From a virus, in IMG/VR virus record IMGVR_UViG_3300038556_000043, positions 83,736-104,600 of that record: a stretch of 20,865 nt of DNA. One strand, given 5' to 3'. A model generated the notes under the pieces. The model was given only the letters and a program-made list of their open reading frames with translations. It was not told the DNA's origin and did not search any database. Below are positions 9,126 through 16,740 of this stretch, piece by piece (the stretch's first letter is position 1; each line of letters begins with the position of its first letter). Position numbers and translations under genes: made by a program.

Positions 9126-9443
9126 ATGGAAGAATTTTTGAAAAAAATAGGGTTGGAGCCGCTTAATTTAAGTTTGTCTTTTGCTGCGACAATCCTTCAT
9201 CTGATCGTTTCGGAGAAAGTAATCAACAAAGCCAATCTGGTCAGGTACGTTTTGTCTGTACCCCTTTCGGCCGTAATCAGCGCCTACATCGGGCCAATGA
9301 TTACCACTGCCATCGGATATCCCAAAAGCGGCACCTTATGCGCCGTTCTTTTGGGATTTATCTTGTTGGACTTTTCCAAAAACCCACGTCAATTCATCAA
9401 GAACGTCATAGACCTGAAAAACAAATGGACCTCACAACCATAA
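9126..9443 (+). CDS. Putative holin (about 3 TM, basic C-terminus)
   Basis: 105 aa, three hydrophobic segments, charged tail, directly after endolysin. Confidence 0.6.
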   Translation: MEEFLKKIGLEPLNLSLSFAATILHLIVSEKVINKANLVRYVLSVPLSAVISAYIGPMITTAIGYPKSGTLCAVLLGFILLDFSKNPRQFIKNVIDLKNKWTSQP

Positions 9444-9727
9444 TCAATCTTATTATCAACGCGGTCATTGTTTATGCTTGTTTCCGTTACATAAATGACG
9501 TGTTGAAGGAGAAGCAGATTATAAACGCCATTGGCAAAACCTACAATTACATCATTCGCGCCGCATTCGGAATGATGATAGCCTTTGCGCAATACAATGT
9601 GATCTACTTTCATGGCGCCACTTTCATTCAGCTGGCCGGAGATAGCCTTGTGGCTATACTATTGTTTTTGAATTACCATTTTCATCACAGATACATTTTC
9701 CCTTTAATTCCAGATGAAACTAAGTGA
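9425..9727 (+). CDS. Membrane protein (about 3 TM), possible second holin/antiholin
   Basis: ATG 9425 (MDLTTIINLII...) preferred over 9338; three hydrophobic segments; overlaps both neighbours. Confidence 0.6.
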   Translation: MDLTTIINLIINAVIVYACFRYINDVLKEKQIINAIGKTYNYIIRAAFGMMIAFAQYNVIYFHGATFIQLAGDSLVAILLFLNYHFHHRYIFPLIPDETK

Positions 9728-10124
9728 GAGTGAAAATAGGATATTGCTTTGGGCGGTTTCTGCCATGCTTTTGTTTTCCCTTGGTATGTATATCGTCAAC
9801 CGATACAAACTGAAAAAAGAGCTGGCCAAACAAGAAAAGGTGATCAAAAAGCAGGACGAAGTGCTCAAGCAAGCTGACCTGGTTGTTTATTTTCTAAAGC
9901 AAAAGGTTGCGGAGGATTCGATTGTCATAACATCGTATGAACATCGTATCAATATTTTGTACCAACAGTTGAATTCTGAAAAAGAAAAAACCAAAGGCTA
10001 TGAACACCTTGTTAATAAAAAACCTACTGATCCTGTCCGCATTGTCTCTGTTGACGATGCAGAATTGTTTTTGTCAAGACGCTATTTTCCAGCGCAACCA
10101 AAAGGCAAAGCAAACGGCAAGTAG
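9714..10124 (+). CDS. Putative inner-membrane spanin (Rz-like)
   Basis: Single N-terminal TM followed by coiled coil; last part overlaps the next gene out of frame. Confidence 0.55.
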   Translation: MKLSESENRILLWAVSAMLLFSLGMYIVNRYKLKKELAKQEKVIKKQDEVLKQADLVVYFLKQKVAEDSIVITSYEHRINILYQQLNSEKEKTKGYEHLVNKKPTDPVRIVSVDDAELFLSRRYFPAQPKGKANGK

Positions 10125-10434
10125 AATAGTTGCCGAACTGCAGCAGTATGACAGCCTAAAAACCTATGCTTCCATACAATCCAGAATCATACAGACGCAG
10201 GACAGCATTATCAGCGACCAGAGCAATGTAATAGCCTATCAGAAAAAACAAGCCCAGTCGTACCAGTCCATGGTCATCAATCAAAACATTGGCCGCTTGA
10301 CAGCCGAACACAATCTGAAAAAGGCCAATGAAAGAATTGACGTACTGGAAAAGAAAAAGCCAAGACGAGGGCTTTGGTACGCTTTGGGGGCGGCTTCTTT
10401 TATAGCACTGAAAATACTTGTAAAAGCCACGTGA
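10000..10434 (+). CDS. Putative spanin partner: signal peptide, Gln-rich coiled coil, C-terminal hydrophobic anchor
   Basis: Starts within the Rz-like gene in +1 frame (125-nt overlap); signal-like N-terminus, coiled coil, KKKPRR then GLWYALGAASFIALKILV. Confidence 0.55.
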   Translation: MNTLLIKNLLILSALSLLTMQNCFCQDAIFQRNQKAKQTASRIVAELQQYDSLKTYASIQSRIIQTQDSIISDQSNVIAYQKKQAQSYQSMVINQNIGRLTAEHNLKKANERIDVLEKKKPRRGLWYALGAASFIALKILVKAT

Positions 10435-10458
10435 TTATTTTGTTTTATTTGTTGAAAT

Positions 10459-10492
10459 AAAAAATCCTACCGCAATGCAGTAGGATTTTTTT
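10459..10492. terminator. Bidirectional intrinsic terminator between convergent genome arms
   Basis: AAAAAATCCTAC-CGCAATGCA-GTAGGATTTTTTT: perfect inverted repeat with A-tract and T-tract. Confidence 0.9.
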
Positions 10493-10520
10493 GTTATTTA
10501 TCTCTGTTCAATCAGATTTT

Positions 10521-11420
10521 TTATCTGGCGGCTTCGGCTTGACTATCGGTAAGCCCGGAACCGGGTGCGCCGCCATGATATTTCTTAATGATCTTCAAAT
10601 CTTTTTCCCGAATTCCTTCCAGCCAAAAATTTCCTAATTTCCATTTTGAATCTTTGTATTCAACAAGAAGATTTTTGTATTTATGTGCCAGATACATGTA
10701 TTCTACCAGGTCACCGGATTGAATGTCATATCCGTTGCAGTCCTGATATCCTGAATAAAGTCCGCTGTTTCCTGAGTCAACATCGGCTTTTGGATTTACT
10801 GCAGTTTCCTTCTCCTTCTTCTTTTTAACAATCATTATTTCCCGAACCAGGTAGGTAAGGGCTTTTCTGAGATCTTCCACGTGCTTGCTCTTGTCTTTCA
10901 CACCCGCACGAAGCAGGTACTTTAAAACGTTGCCGGCAAAGAAGGACAAGTTGTAATACTCAATGATTTTGAAGGGCTCAAAAGGATTTTCCTCGCCTCC
11001 GTAGTAGTCTGGCCGCAATTCTTTCATATCCTCATCCGGGCTTTTGGCAGTATTGAGCGGAGTGCTTACTTTCCTCTCGCCAGTAATAGGAATAGGCGCA
11101 ACGGATGGATGCTGATTCTGTTTTTCTGCGGCGGCTTTGCTATGGCCCAAAATCGAAACACCCGCATCAGCCAAGGGCTTTTGTATTCTGGTCTTTCGAT
11201 TCATTTCTTCTCTGATCAGTTTAAGCTTCAATTCTTTTTGGGTAGCTACCTCCAGGTTGTCGTAATTGTTGTGAACATGAGTCAGCTGAGCCAGCGTAGC
11301 ATGGTGCAAAATCTGTTCAAATTCTTTTGATACTGAGCCAACGTTGCAGTTTTGTACATTGGCAACAAAACGAATGGTTGAAATATCGTAAGGGTTAAAT
11401 TCTACGTGAATGGTGTTCAT
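10521..11420 (-). CDS. DUF3310 (T7 gp1.7-like) domain protein with C-terminal YopX-like segment
   Basis: PDYYGG...EPFKIIE...FFAGNVLKYLLRAGVK...EDLRKALTYL is the DUF3310 pattern; YSGYQDCNGYDIQSGDLV resembles YopX YTGLKDKNGKEIYEGDIV. Confidence 0.78.
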   Translation of the reverse strand: MNTIHVEFNPYDISTIRFVANVQNCNVGSVSKEFEQILHHATLAQLTHVHNNYDNLEVATQKELKLKLIREEMNRKTRIQKPLADAGVSILGHSKAAAEKQNQHPSVAPIPITGERKVSTPLNTAKSPDEDMKELRPDYYGGEENPFEPFKIIEYYNLSFFAGNVLKYLLRAGVKDKSKHVEDLRKALTYLVREIMIVKKKKEKETAVNPKADVDSGNSGLYSGYQDCNGYDIQSGDLVEYMYLAHKYKNLLVEYKDSKWKLGNFWLEGIREKDLKIIKKYHGGAPGSGLTDSQAEAAR

Positions 11421-11431
11421 ATTATATTATA

Positions 11432-11776
11432 TTATTTTTTTTTACCGTAAATGATCCAATATTTTTTAAAATAATACCAGGGGTTTCGGATGCATTTTTT
11501 TATTTCCTCTTTCCACCACTGATCATATGATTTTTGTATCTCAAGCAGGGTCTTTGCACTTATTCCGTATTCTTTCTCCACTGCTTGCGCCAACTCTTCA
11601 TCAATAGGTATTTTCTTTTCAAGAACACCGACAAAAACACTCATTCTAACTCCGGTCCTTCTGTAGAAATCTATTGGCGAATCCATTCTGGCCTCCAGTT
11701 CATCCGAGAGAATTTCCCCCGGATGAACTGGTAAAAAAGGCCTTATTTCTTTTCCTTTCGAATCATACACCGGCAT
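11432..11776 (-). CDS. HigA/VapI-family antitoxin-like HTH protein (orphan)
   Basis: ATG 11776 preferred; PVHPGEILSDELEAR...IDEELAQAVEKEYGISAKTLLEIQKSYD matches HigA HPGE...LxxxxGxxxxxWxxLQxxYD. Confidence 0.75.
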   Translation of the reverse strand: MPVYDSKGKEIRPFLPVHPGEILSDELEARMDSPIDFYRRTGVRMSVFVGVLEKKIPIDEELAQAVEKEYGISAKTLLEIQKSYDQWWKEEIKKCIRNPWYYFKKYWIIYGKKK

Positions 11777-12755
11777 CTTTTTCGGCTTCTTCTTGAGTGG
11801 CCACTGCATCAATGGGCTGCGCTTCCCATTCTTCGTCCACCTGCAAACCGGCAGAAGAAGGAGCATCCGGATCGGTCAGGGATTCAACCTCGTTGCCTAA
11901 AAAAGCAAAGTCAGGTTCTTGCCATTTGATTGATTTGAGAACCTTCATTGTCTTAGGGTTGTATACCACGTATTTATCTCCTTTTTGGTAGTATTCGGCC
12001 ACAATGCCCATGTTCGAATAGTGCATTACCGTATCAATGGCAATTTCCTCGCTATCACAAAGCTTAGTCATATTGGCTTCGTAGATGTGATTGATTACCT
12101 GTTTGGGGTCCAATCCGTACTCCATGAATTTGCGGTAAGTAACCCAAAGAACGTCGCCCAAGTCATCGGCAATTGACTTGAGGTTCAGGTATTGCTTTAC
12201 CGGCAACTGCTTTTCTTTTACCTCCCGGTTTGGAAACAGTGTTTGGTAGGCTTCTATGATATGATTCTTTTCTTCCTGCGGCATTTCGTGCCAGACGCTT
12301 CCCAAGGCTTTCATGCAAAACCTGCGGTCTTTTTCATCCTGGTCTATTTCAAAAACGTTTCCTTCCAATTCGGAAACTTCTTCTTTGATCAGGTTGAAAG
12401 ACAAAACAATTCTATCGTTGGATGGTCGCCCGGGACGTACACGGATTGGTGCGCCAAACACATCGGACCAACCGCGAATCTGTCCTTCCGGGTCTATTTC
12501 CATGACAGAATCAGCATAGCCGGCATCCTGTTTTTTGTTTTCTCCAATACCTACCGTAACCGTTTCTTTCTTCTGAAAGAAAAAAGCCAGAAATACCAGT
12601 ACTCCGAATGGCGCCATTAGCAGAAGGAATGCCAAAGGCACAATTGGCAAAGTGACTGTTTTATGATTGAAAAATGCGGTACAAAAACCTATTACAATGC
12701 ACAAAAATGAAATAACAATACTCTTGTTCCGATTTGAGTTTTTAAAAACTGTCAT
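11763..12755 (-). CDS. MazG-like / PRA-PH superfamily nucleoside triphosphate pyrophosphohydrolase with N-terminal TM helices
   Basis: LIKEEVSEL ... IADDLGDVLWVTY ... IYEANMTK ... KVLKSIKWQEPDF motifs of DR2231-like all-alpha NTP-PPases; two hydrophobic N-terminal segments; acidic tail. Confidence 0.78.
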   Translation of the reverse strand: MTVFKNSNRNKSIVISFLCIVIGFCTAFFNHKTVTLPIVPLAFLLLMAPFGVLVFLAFFFQKKETVTVGIGENKKQDAGYADSVMEIDPEGQIRGWSDVFGAPIRVRPGRPSNDRIVLSFNLIKEEVSELEGNVFEIDQDEKDRRFCMKALGSVWHEMPQEEKNHIIEAYQTLFPNREVKEKQLPVKQYLNLKSIADDLGDVLWVTYRKFMEYGLDPKQVINHIYEANMTKLCDSEEIAIDTVMHYSNMGIVAEYYQKGDKYVVYNPKTMKVLKSIKWQEPDFAFLGNEVESLTDPDAPSSAGLQVDEEWEAQPIDAVATQEEAEKDAGV

Positions 12756-12796
12756 AAATTGATTGATATTTAGGGTTAATTAATAGATTTTCTTAT

Positions 12797-13009
12797 TTAC
12801 CTGGCCTTAAAACGATTGAAAATCCTTCGTATGGCATAAGACCTTGCCACACTGAAAAGAGTGAAGTACACCGTAGCTAAAGTCATCTGGCGGCTATTTA
12901 CTTCCATTCCGCATAACTTGTAAATTATGGGGGCAACCAAAAGCGTTGTCAAAAATCCAATGAATACATTGAGACAAGCTTCAAAAAAGGATCCTCTGCG
13001 TGATTGCAT
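12797..13009 (-). CDS. Small two-TM phage membrane protein
   Basis: ATG 13009; MQSRRGSFFEACLNVFIGF...FTLFSVARSYAIRRIFN is a pattern common in small phage membrane proteins. Confidence 0.72.
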   Translation of the reverse strand: MQSRRGSFFEACLNVFIGFLTTLLVAPIIYKLCGMEVNSRQMTLATVYFTLFSVARSYAIRRIFNRFKAR

Positions 13010-13010
13010 A

Positions 13011-13481
13011 TCAATTGTTCCATTCGGCATAAAATGATTCGGCACAATCAAAATGATCCATGGCAGATTCATAATCATCGTAAACCGTACCCCGATCAGG
13101 TTTTTTGGTTTCGCCCAGTTCTCTTAGTCTGCTTACTACCAGATCGTAGTATTCATCAAATTCTACATCTTCGTTTGTCATAAAAGCGTTTGATTTAAAT
13201 TTTTTAAGTTCTTTTTTTAAGTTTTTTTCTCTTTCCCGCACACATTGAAGAGAATCGTACATGTCGGCCAGCTTTTTCATTTTTGTATTAAGTATTCCTC
13301 TTAGTCTCGACAGGTCTTCTTTTAATTCCTTGTTTTTGCTTTTGAGTTCTAAAAGTTCTTTTTTACAAAGAATATTTTCGCGTTTAAGCCGCCGATTGCC
13401 TTTTTGAGACTTTTTTAGCAGATTATCCAATGCACTGATTTTCTTTTCCAGAAGCAAATTTTCAAACTCGTAGTCTTTCAT
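13011..13481 (-). CDS. Coiled-coil hypothetical protein with acidic C-terminal domain
   Basis: 156 aa, K/E/L heptads, tightly packed in the operon. Confidence 0.7.
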   Translation of the reverse strand: MKDYEFENLLLEKKISALDNLLKKSQKGNRRLKRENILCKKELLELKSKNKELKEDLSRLRGILNTKMKKLADMYDSLQCVREREKNLKKELKKFKSNAFMTNEDVEFDEYYDLVVSRLRELGETKKPDRGTVYDDYESAMDHFDCAESFYAEWNN

Positions 13482-13483
13482 TG

Positions 13484-13915
13484 TTAGATAAATTTGATCT
13501 GGTCAATGATTTCCTGAGTAGGTATTTGCCATTTCTGCCTACCTTCTACCTCAAAAGGCTCGATAGCGCGTACATTCTCATATACATGACACCAAAGCCA
13601 TTCGTGATAAGCTACCATAGCAGGCTCCTCGTCTTTCTTTTGCATTGGCCGGGACTTAACCAACTCCCCTACCGCAATGGCTTTCCCGTAAATGAGTTGT
13701 TCCTTGTAGGCGTTGAAATTCCAGTACGTGTGCCCGCAAATCTGTTGAACTATTTTTTCGCTGTAAGGCGCTTTGCTGGCACATATCAGCACCAATCCCC
13801 TATAAGGAGTGTCCTAGGTACGAGTTTCAATTTTCCCATGTAGCATGCTTCCTGCAAATGGTTGTTTCCAATACAGAATGCGTATGGGCTTTCCTTCAAA
13901 AGTTGCTTCTTTCAT
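13484..13915 (-). pseudogene. ASCH-domain protein interrupted by an in-frame TAG at codon 34
   Basis: From ATG 13915: [47 protein letters not shown]...VEGRQKW; KQPxA, GKxxETR, YRG motifs of ASCH; TAG at 13814-13816. Confidence 0.8.
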
Positions 13916-14103
13916 ACTTGTTGCCATTCTTCGTTGTGATCTTTCATATGCAGACTTTCCCGGTAAACCTCATAAGTATTATTTGTATCGGGATCTTGAA
14001 TCAAATAATGAGTGCCTTTGCGCTTGGAGTGTATGAAACTGCCTTCAACCCATTCCCCGGTATCCTTTCGGCGGGCCCTGAATACTATTTCCCTGAAATT
14101 CAT
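13912..14103 (-). CDS. YopX-like N-terminal half protein
   Basis: [24 protein letters not shown]...YEVYRESL matches the YopX N-terminus (MREIKFR...TGEWVYG...EVxPET); ATGA overlaps on both sides. Confidence 0.72.
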   Translation of the reverse strand: MNFREIVFRARRKDTGEWVEGSFIHSKRKGTHYLIQDPDTNNTYEVYRESLHMKDHNEEWQQV

Positions 14104-15029
14104 ACGGCTACGGGTGCTTTGATTGCCGGCCATGGATCATAGCCCTCAATGGTGAAGTCTTCGTATTTGAAACCGAAAATATCCTTCACTTCCGGATTGA
14201 TCTTTAACTTTGGAAGTGGCCGGGATTCGCGCATAAGCTGCTCATTGACCTGCTGCATATGATTTAGATACAAATGCGTGTCTCCGCTGGTCCAAATGAA
14301 ATCTCCCGGTACCATATTGACTACCTGGGCAATCATGTGGGTAAGCATCGAATAACTGGCGATGTTGAATGGCACACCCAAAAACACATCTGAACTGCGC
14401 TGGTATAGCTGACAATCCAGTTTGTATTCTGGGATATTGAAGTGTTTCAAACTTGCTTCGCCAACAAAAGTCATATCCATGTGTCTTTCACAAAAGATGC
14501 GCACTCTTTCATCTATGCTCAGCGGACGTGTGTTGAACTGAAAAAGACAATGACAAGGAGCCAGGGCCATTGCCGGAATATCGGCCACATTCCAAGCAGA
14601 TACGATCATGCGCCGGCAATCGGGTTTGGTTTTCAAACGGTCAATTACCTGGCTGATCTGATCAATGGTGTATACTTCCGTATCTAATCCATTAGACACA
14701 TGATCGCGTATTTTCCGGTAATCTGGCCAGCTGCGCCACTGGCTGCCGTAAACCGGTCCCAAATCCCCGTTTTCATCAGCCCATTCGTCCCAGATTTTTA
14801 CACCGTTCTCCTGGAGATACTTCACATTGGTGTCTCCCTGCAAAAACCACAGCAGTTCGTGAATGACTGATTTCATGTGGATTTTCTTGGTAGTTACCAG
14901 CGGAAACCCTTTGCTCAGGTCAAACCGCATTTGATATCCGAACACGCTGATGGTACCTGTACCGGTTCTGTCGGTCTTTGTGTCGCCAGTTTCCAAAATG
15001 TGGCGCATTAAATCGTGATACTGTTTCAT
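14100..15029 (-). CDS. thyA: Thymidylate synthase
   Basis: [37 protein letters not shown], catalytic [34 protein letters not shown]. Confidence 0.98.
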   Translation of the reverse strand: MKQYHDLMRHILETGDTKTDRTGTGTISVFGYQMRFDLSKGFPLVTTKKIHMKSVIHELLWFLQGDTNVKYLQENGVKIWDEWADENGDLGPVYGSQWRSWPDYRKIRDHVSNGLDTEVYTIDQISQVIDRLKTKPDCRRMIVSAWNVADIPAMALAPCHCLFQFNTRPLSIDERVRIFCERHMDMTFVGEASLKHFNIPEYKLDCQLYQRSSDVFLGVPFNIASYSMLTHMIAQVVNMVPGDFIWTSGDTHLYLNHMQQVNEQLMRESRPLPKLKINPEVKDIFGFKYEDFTIEGYDPWPAIKAPVAV

Positions 15030-15745
15030 TAGTTTTGGCTTTGTCTTTTGAATAAAAAATTGGATTCAAGGAAATTGTACTGAGAAGCGATATTGATAGC
15101 CTTGGAGATTACAAAAGGCGCATCGGTAAGCTTGGGATAATCGTAAGCTTGGTTTTTGAACTGCGCTACGTAGTAATCTTTCTTGTGCAAAAACTGCGCA
15201 TAGGAAATGGACAGCCCCGTATTGAGTATGAAAGAAAAAGCGCGATAATCCAGAATAGCTTTCGTTTGTTCAATGGTCTTGTATTCCATATCGCAGCCCA
15301 AATCACTACCAATAATAAGATTCAAGGCAACAAGTTCGCTAGTGCCCTGCCATCCGATGAACCGCGACAAAGGACTTTCTAACTCTGTTCCATACGTTTT
15401 GCAAAACTCACGTAGGCCATGAGCCATTTGCGCCATGGAAATACCTTGCTCCTTGTTGAAGTCTTTGATTTCGCAGGAAACGCTTTCGTTTTTCTGTCTT
15501 GCCGGCTTTACTACGCTTTCCCGGTAAAGTTCCTGTACATACTCTTTTGCTTTTTCCGAAAGCTTCGAATAATCGAATTCCTTGTTTATCTCGTAAAACA
15601 ACTCTCCGGATTTGGCTTCGATTACTGCAATGTCTACCAGCTGCAATGTTTTTATGCCATTCTGCTTAAAAACACTGTCCACGCCAGAGCGAAAAATTTC
15701 GCCCTGGCTAATGGTTGCAGCAATGAAATACTTTACTTCTTTCAT
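15029..15745 (-). CDS. Degenerate Rv2179c-like (DUF5051) DEDDh 3'-5' exonuclease-fold protein
   Basis: Scaffold KYFI..., TLQLVDIAV...[32 protein letters not shown]...A...YNFL follows the family from memory, but catalytic residues appear absent. ORF itself is solid (TAATG coupling to thyA). Confidence 0.55.
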   Translation of the reverse strand: MKEVKYFIAATISQGEIFRSGVDSVFKQNGIKTLQLVDIAVIEAKSGELFYEINKEFDYSKLSEKAKEYVQELYRESVVKPARQKNESVSCEIKDFNKEQGISMAQMAHGLREFCKTYGTELESPLSRFIGWQGTSELVALNLIIGSDLGCDMEYKTIEQTKAILDYRAFSFILNTGLSISYAQFLHKKDYYVAQFKNQAYDYPKLTDAPFVISKAINIASQYNFLESNFLFKRQSQN

Positions 15746-15763
15746 ATCAATTAATTTTCTTAT
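15743..15763 (-). promoter_or_regulatory. 21-bp repeated motif, copy ATAAGAAAATTAATTGATATG
   Basis: Two mismatches to copy 1; spans the Rha stop and the next ATG. Confidence 0.5.
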
Positions 15764-16599
15764 GCGACTAGTTGTTTTTGAGAATGTTTTTTGAAGATCC
15801 TCAAAAGTTCTTCTCTCCCTTTTTGTGTCACTCTGGTTTGGGTTCCAGTCACTTCTTTCTTCTGGCCTTCGTTCTCTTTATCGGTAAGCTTTCTGGCCCA
15901 CTCCTTCAATGTCAAATACCCTTCCTTCACTTTGTCTGCGTAAGGCTTTAGATCGCCTTTGTTGTCACGATAAAGCCAATTGCGTCCAACCAGTTCTGAA
16001 ATAAACTGGCGAAGAGGAATGCCGATCAGTTTGGCAGTGTCGGTAAAGTTGGTATATCCGTTTACGTCCACCAACATTTCATAATACTCAACCTTGGGCT
16101 GTACCTGTTCGACAACTTTGGTAAGCTGAAGCCTTTCCTCCTTGAGTTTCTTGTTCATATCCCACTGATCGGCCAGCATACGCAAGGCTTGACCAAAATC
16201 CTGCGGGTATTCTTCCAAATGCTTTTCTCTGCGCAATTGCTGCACTTCTTTGCGCATCTTGTCAAACGCAGCAATGTAGTCGAGTTTGAATTGAATGGCC
16301 CGTTTTCCGGTGAACCCCATGACCAGCAGAGTAAAGCCCTGTTCGGTCATGTAGTAGACCCTTTTGGTTTTAGTGGCGCCATTGCCAATAGCAAAAGGGA
16401 CTTCCTTTGCATGAAACATGGCCTCAATTTTGAGTTCATGTTGATTTTCAAACGTTTGCGGTTTTTCGCTTTTCATGTTCTGAACCAGTTCGTCAATGGC
16501 TCTGAGAACATTGTCATGGCGCTTTTGGAATTTCCAAGCAACCTTTTCTGAATCCGTGATTGGATTCTGGCTTTTGCTGAGATATACTATCTGTTGCAT
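15760..16599 (-). CDS. Rha-family phage regulatory protein fused to ANT/KilAC antirepressor domain
   Basis: ATG 16599 preferred; TDSEKVAWKFQKRHDNVLRAID...YYMTEQGFTLLVMGFTGKRAIQFKLDYIAAFDKM (Rha); PQDFGQALRMLAD, PKVEYY, AKLIG, QTRVTQKG (ANT). Confidence 0.9.
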   Translation of the reverse strand: MQQIVYLSKSQNPITDSEKVAWKFQKRHDNVLRAIDELVQNMKSEKPQTFENQHELKIEAMFHAKEVPFAIGNGATKTKRVYYMTEQGFTLLVMGFTGKRAIQFKLDYIAAFDKMRKEVQQLRREKHLEEYPQDFGQALRMLADQWDMNKKLKEERLQLTKVVEQVQPKVEYYEMLVDVNGYTNFTDTAKLIGIPLRQFISELVGRNWLYRDNKGDLKPYADKVKEGYLTLKEWARKLTDKENEGQKKEVTGTQTRVTQKGREELLRIFKKHSQKQLVA

Positions 16600-16632
16600 T
16601 GTATATAGGGTTTGGGATTTAATTACACATGG

Positions 16633-16670
16633 AAAAAAAGCAACACCTCCCAAAATGAGAGGTATTGCTT
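16633..16670 (-). terminator. Intrinsic terminator/attenuator upstream of the Rha-ANT gene
   Basis: Minus strand AAGCAATACCTCTCA-TTT-TGGGAGGTGTTGCTT then T-tract; two G-U pairs work only on the minus strand. Confidence 0.75.
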
Positions 16671-16700
16671 CACAACTAATTATACGCTAGATTATTAAGC

Positions 16701-16721
16701 AATATTAATCAATTTTCTTAT
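16701..16721 (-). promoter_or_regulatory. 21-bp repeated motif, copy ATAAGAAAATTGATTAATATT
   Basis: One mismatch to copy 1; fully intergenic. Confidence 0.6.
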
Positions 16722-16740
16722 AAACGCAATATTGATTTGA

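Noticed and set aside
11421-11435. ATTAT x3 tandem repeat
   Set aside because: Short low-complexity AT leader; not distinguishable from chance.
11745-11776. YDSKGKEI at the HigA-like N-terminus as the missing YopX half
   Set aside because: Too short and lacks the following EGD motif; the DUF3310 C-terminus is the better match.
14100-15029. ThyA as a DNA-modifying dCMP hydroxymethylase
   Set aside because: Retains the dUMP-specifying Asn and canonical ThyA motifs; no modification enzymes recognised in the window.
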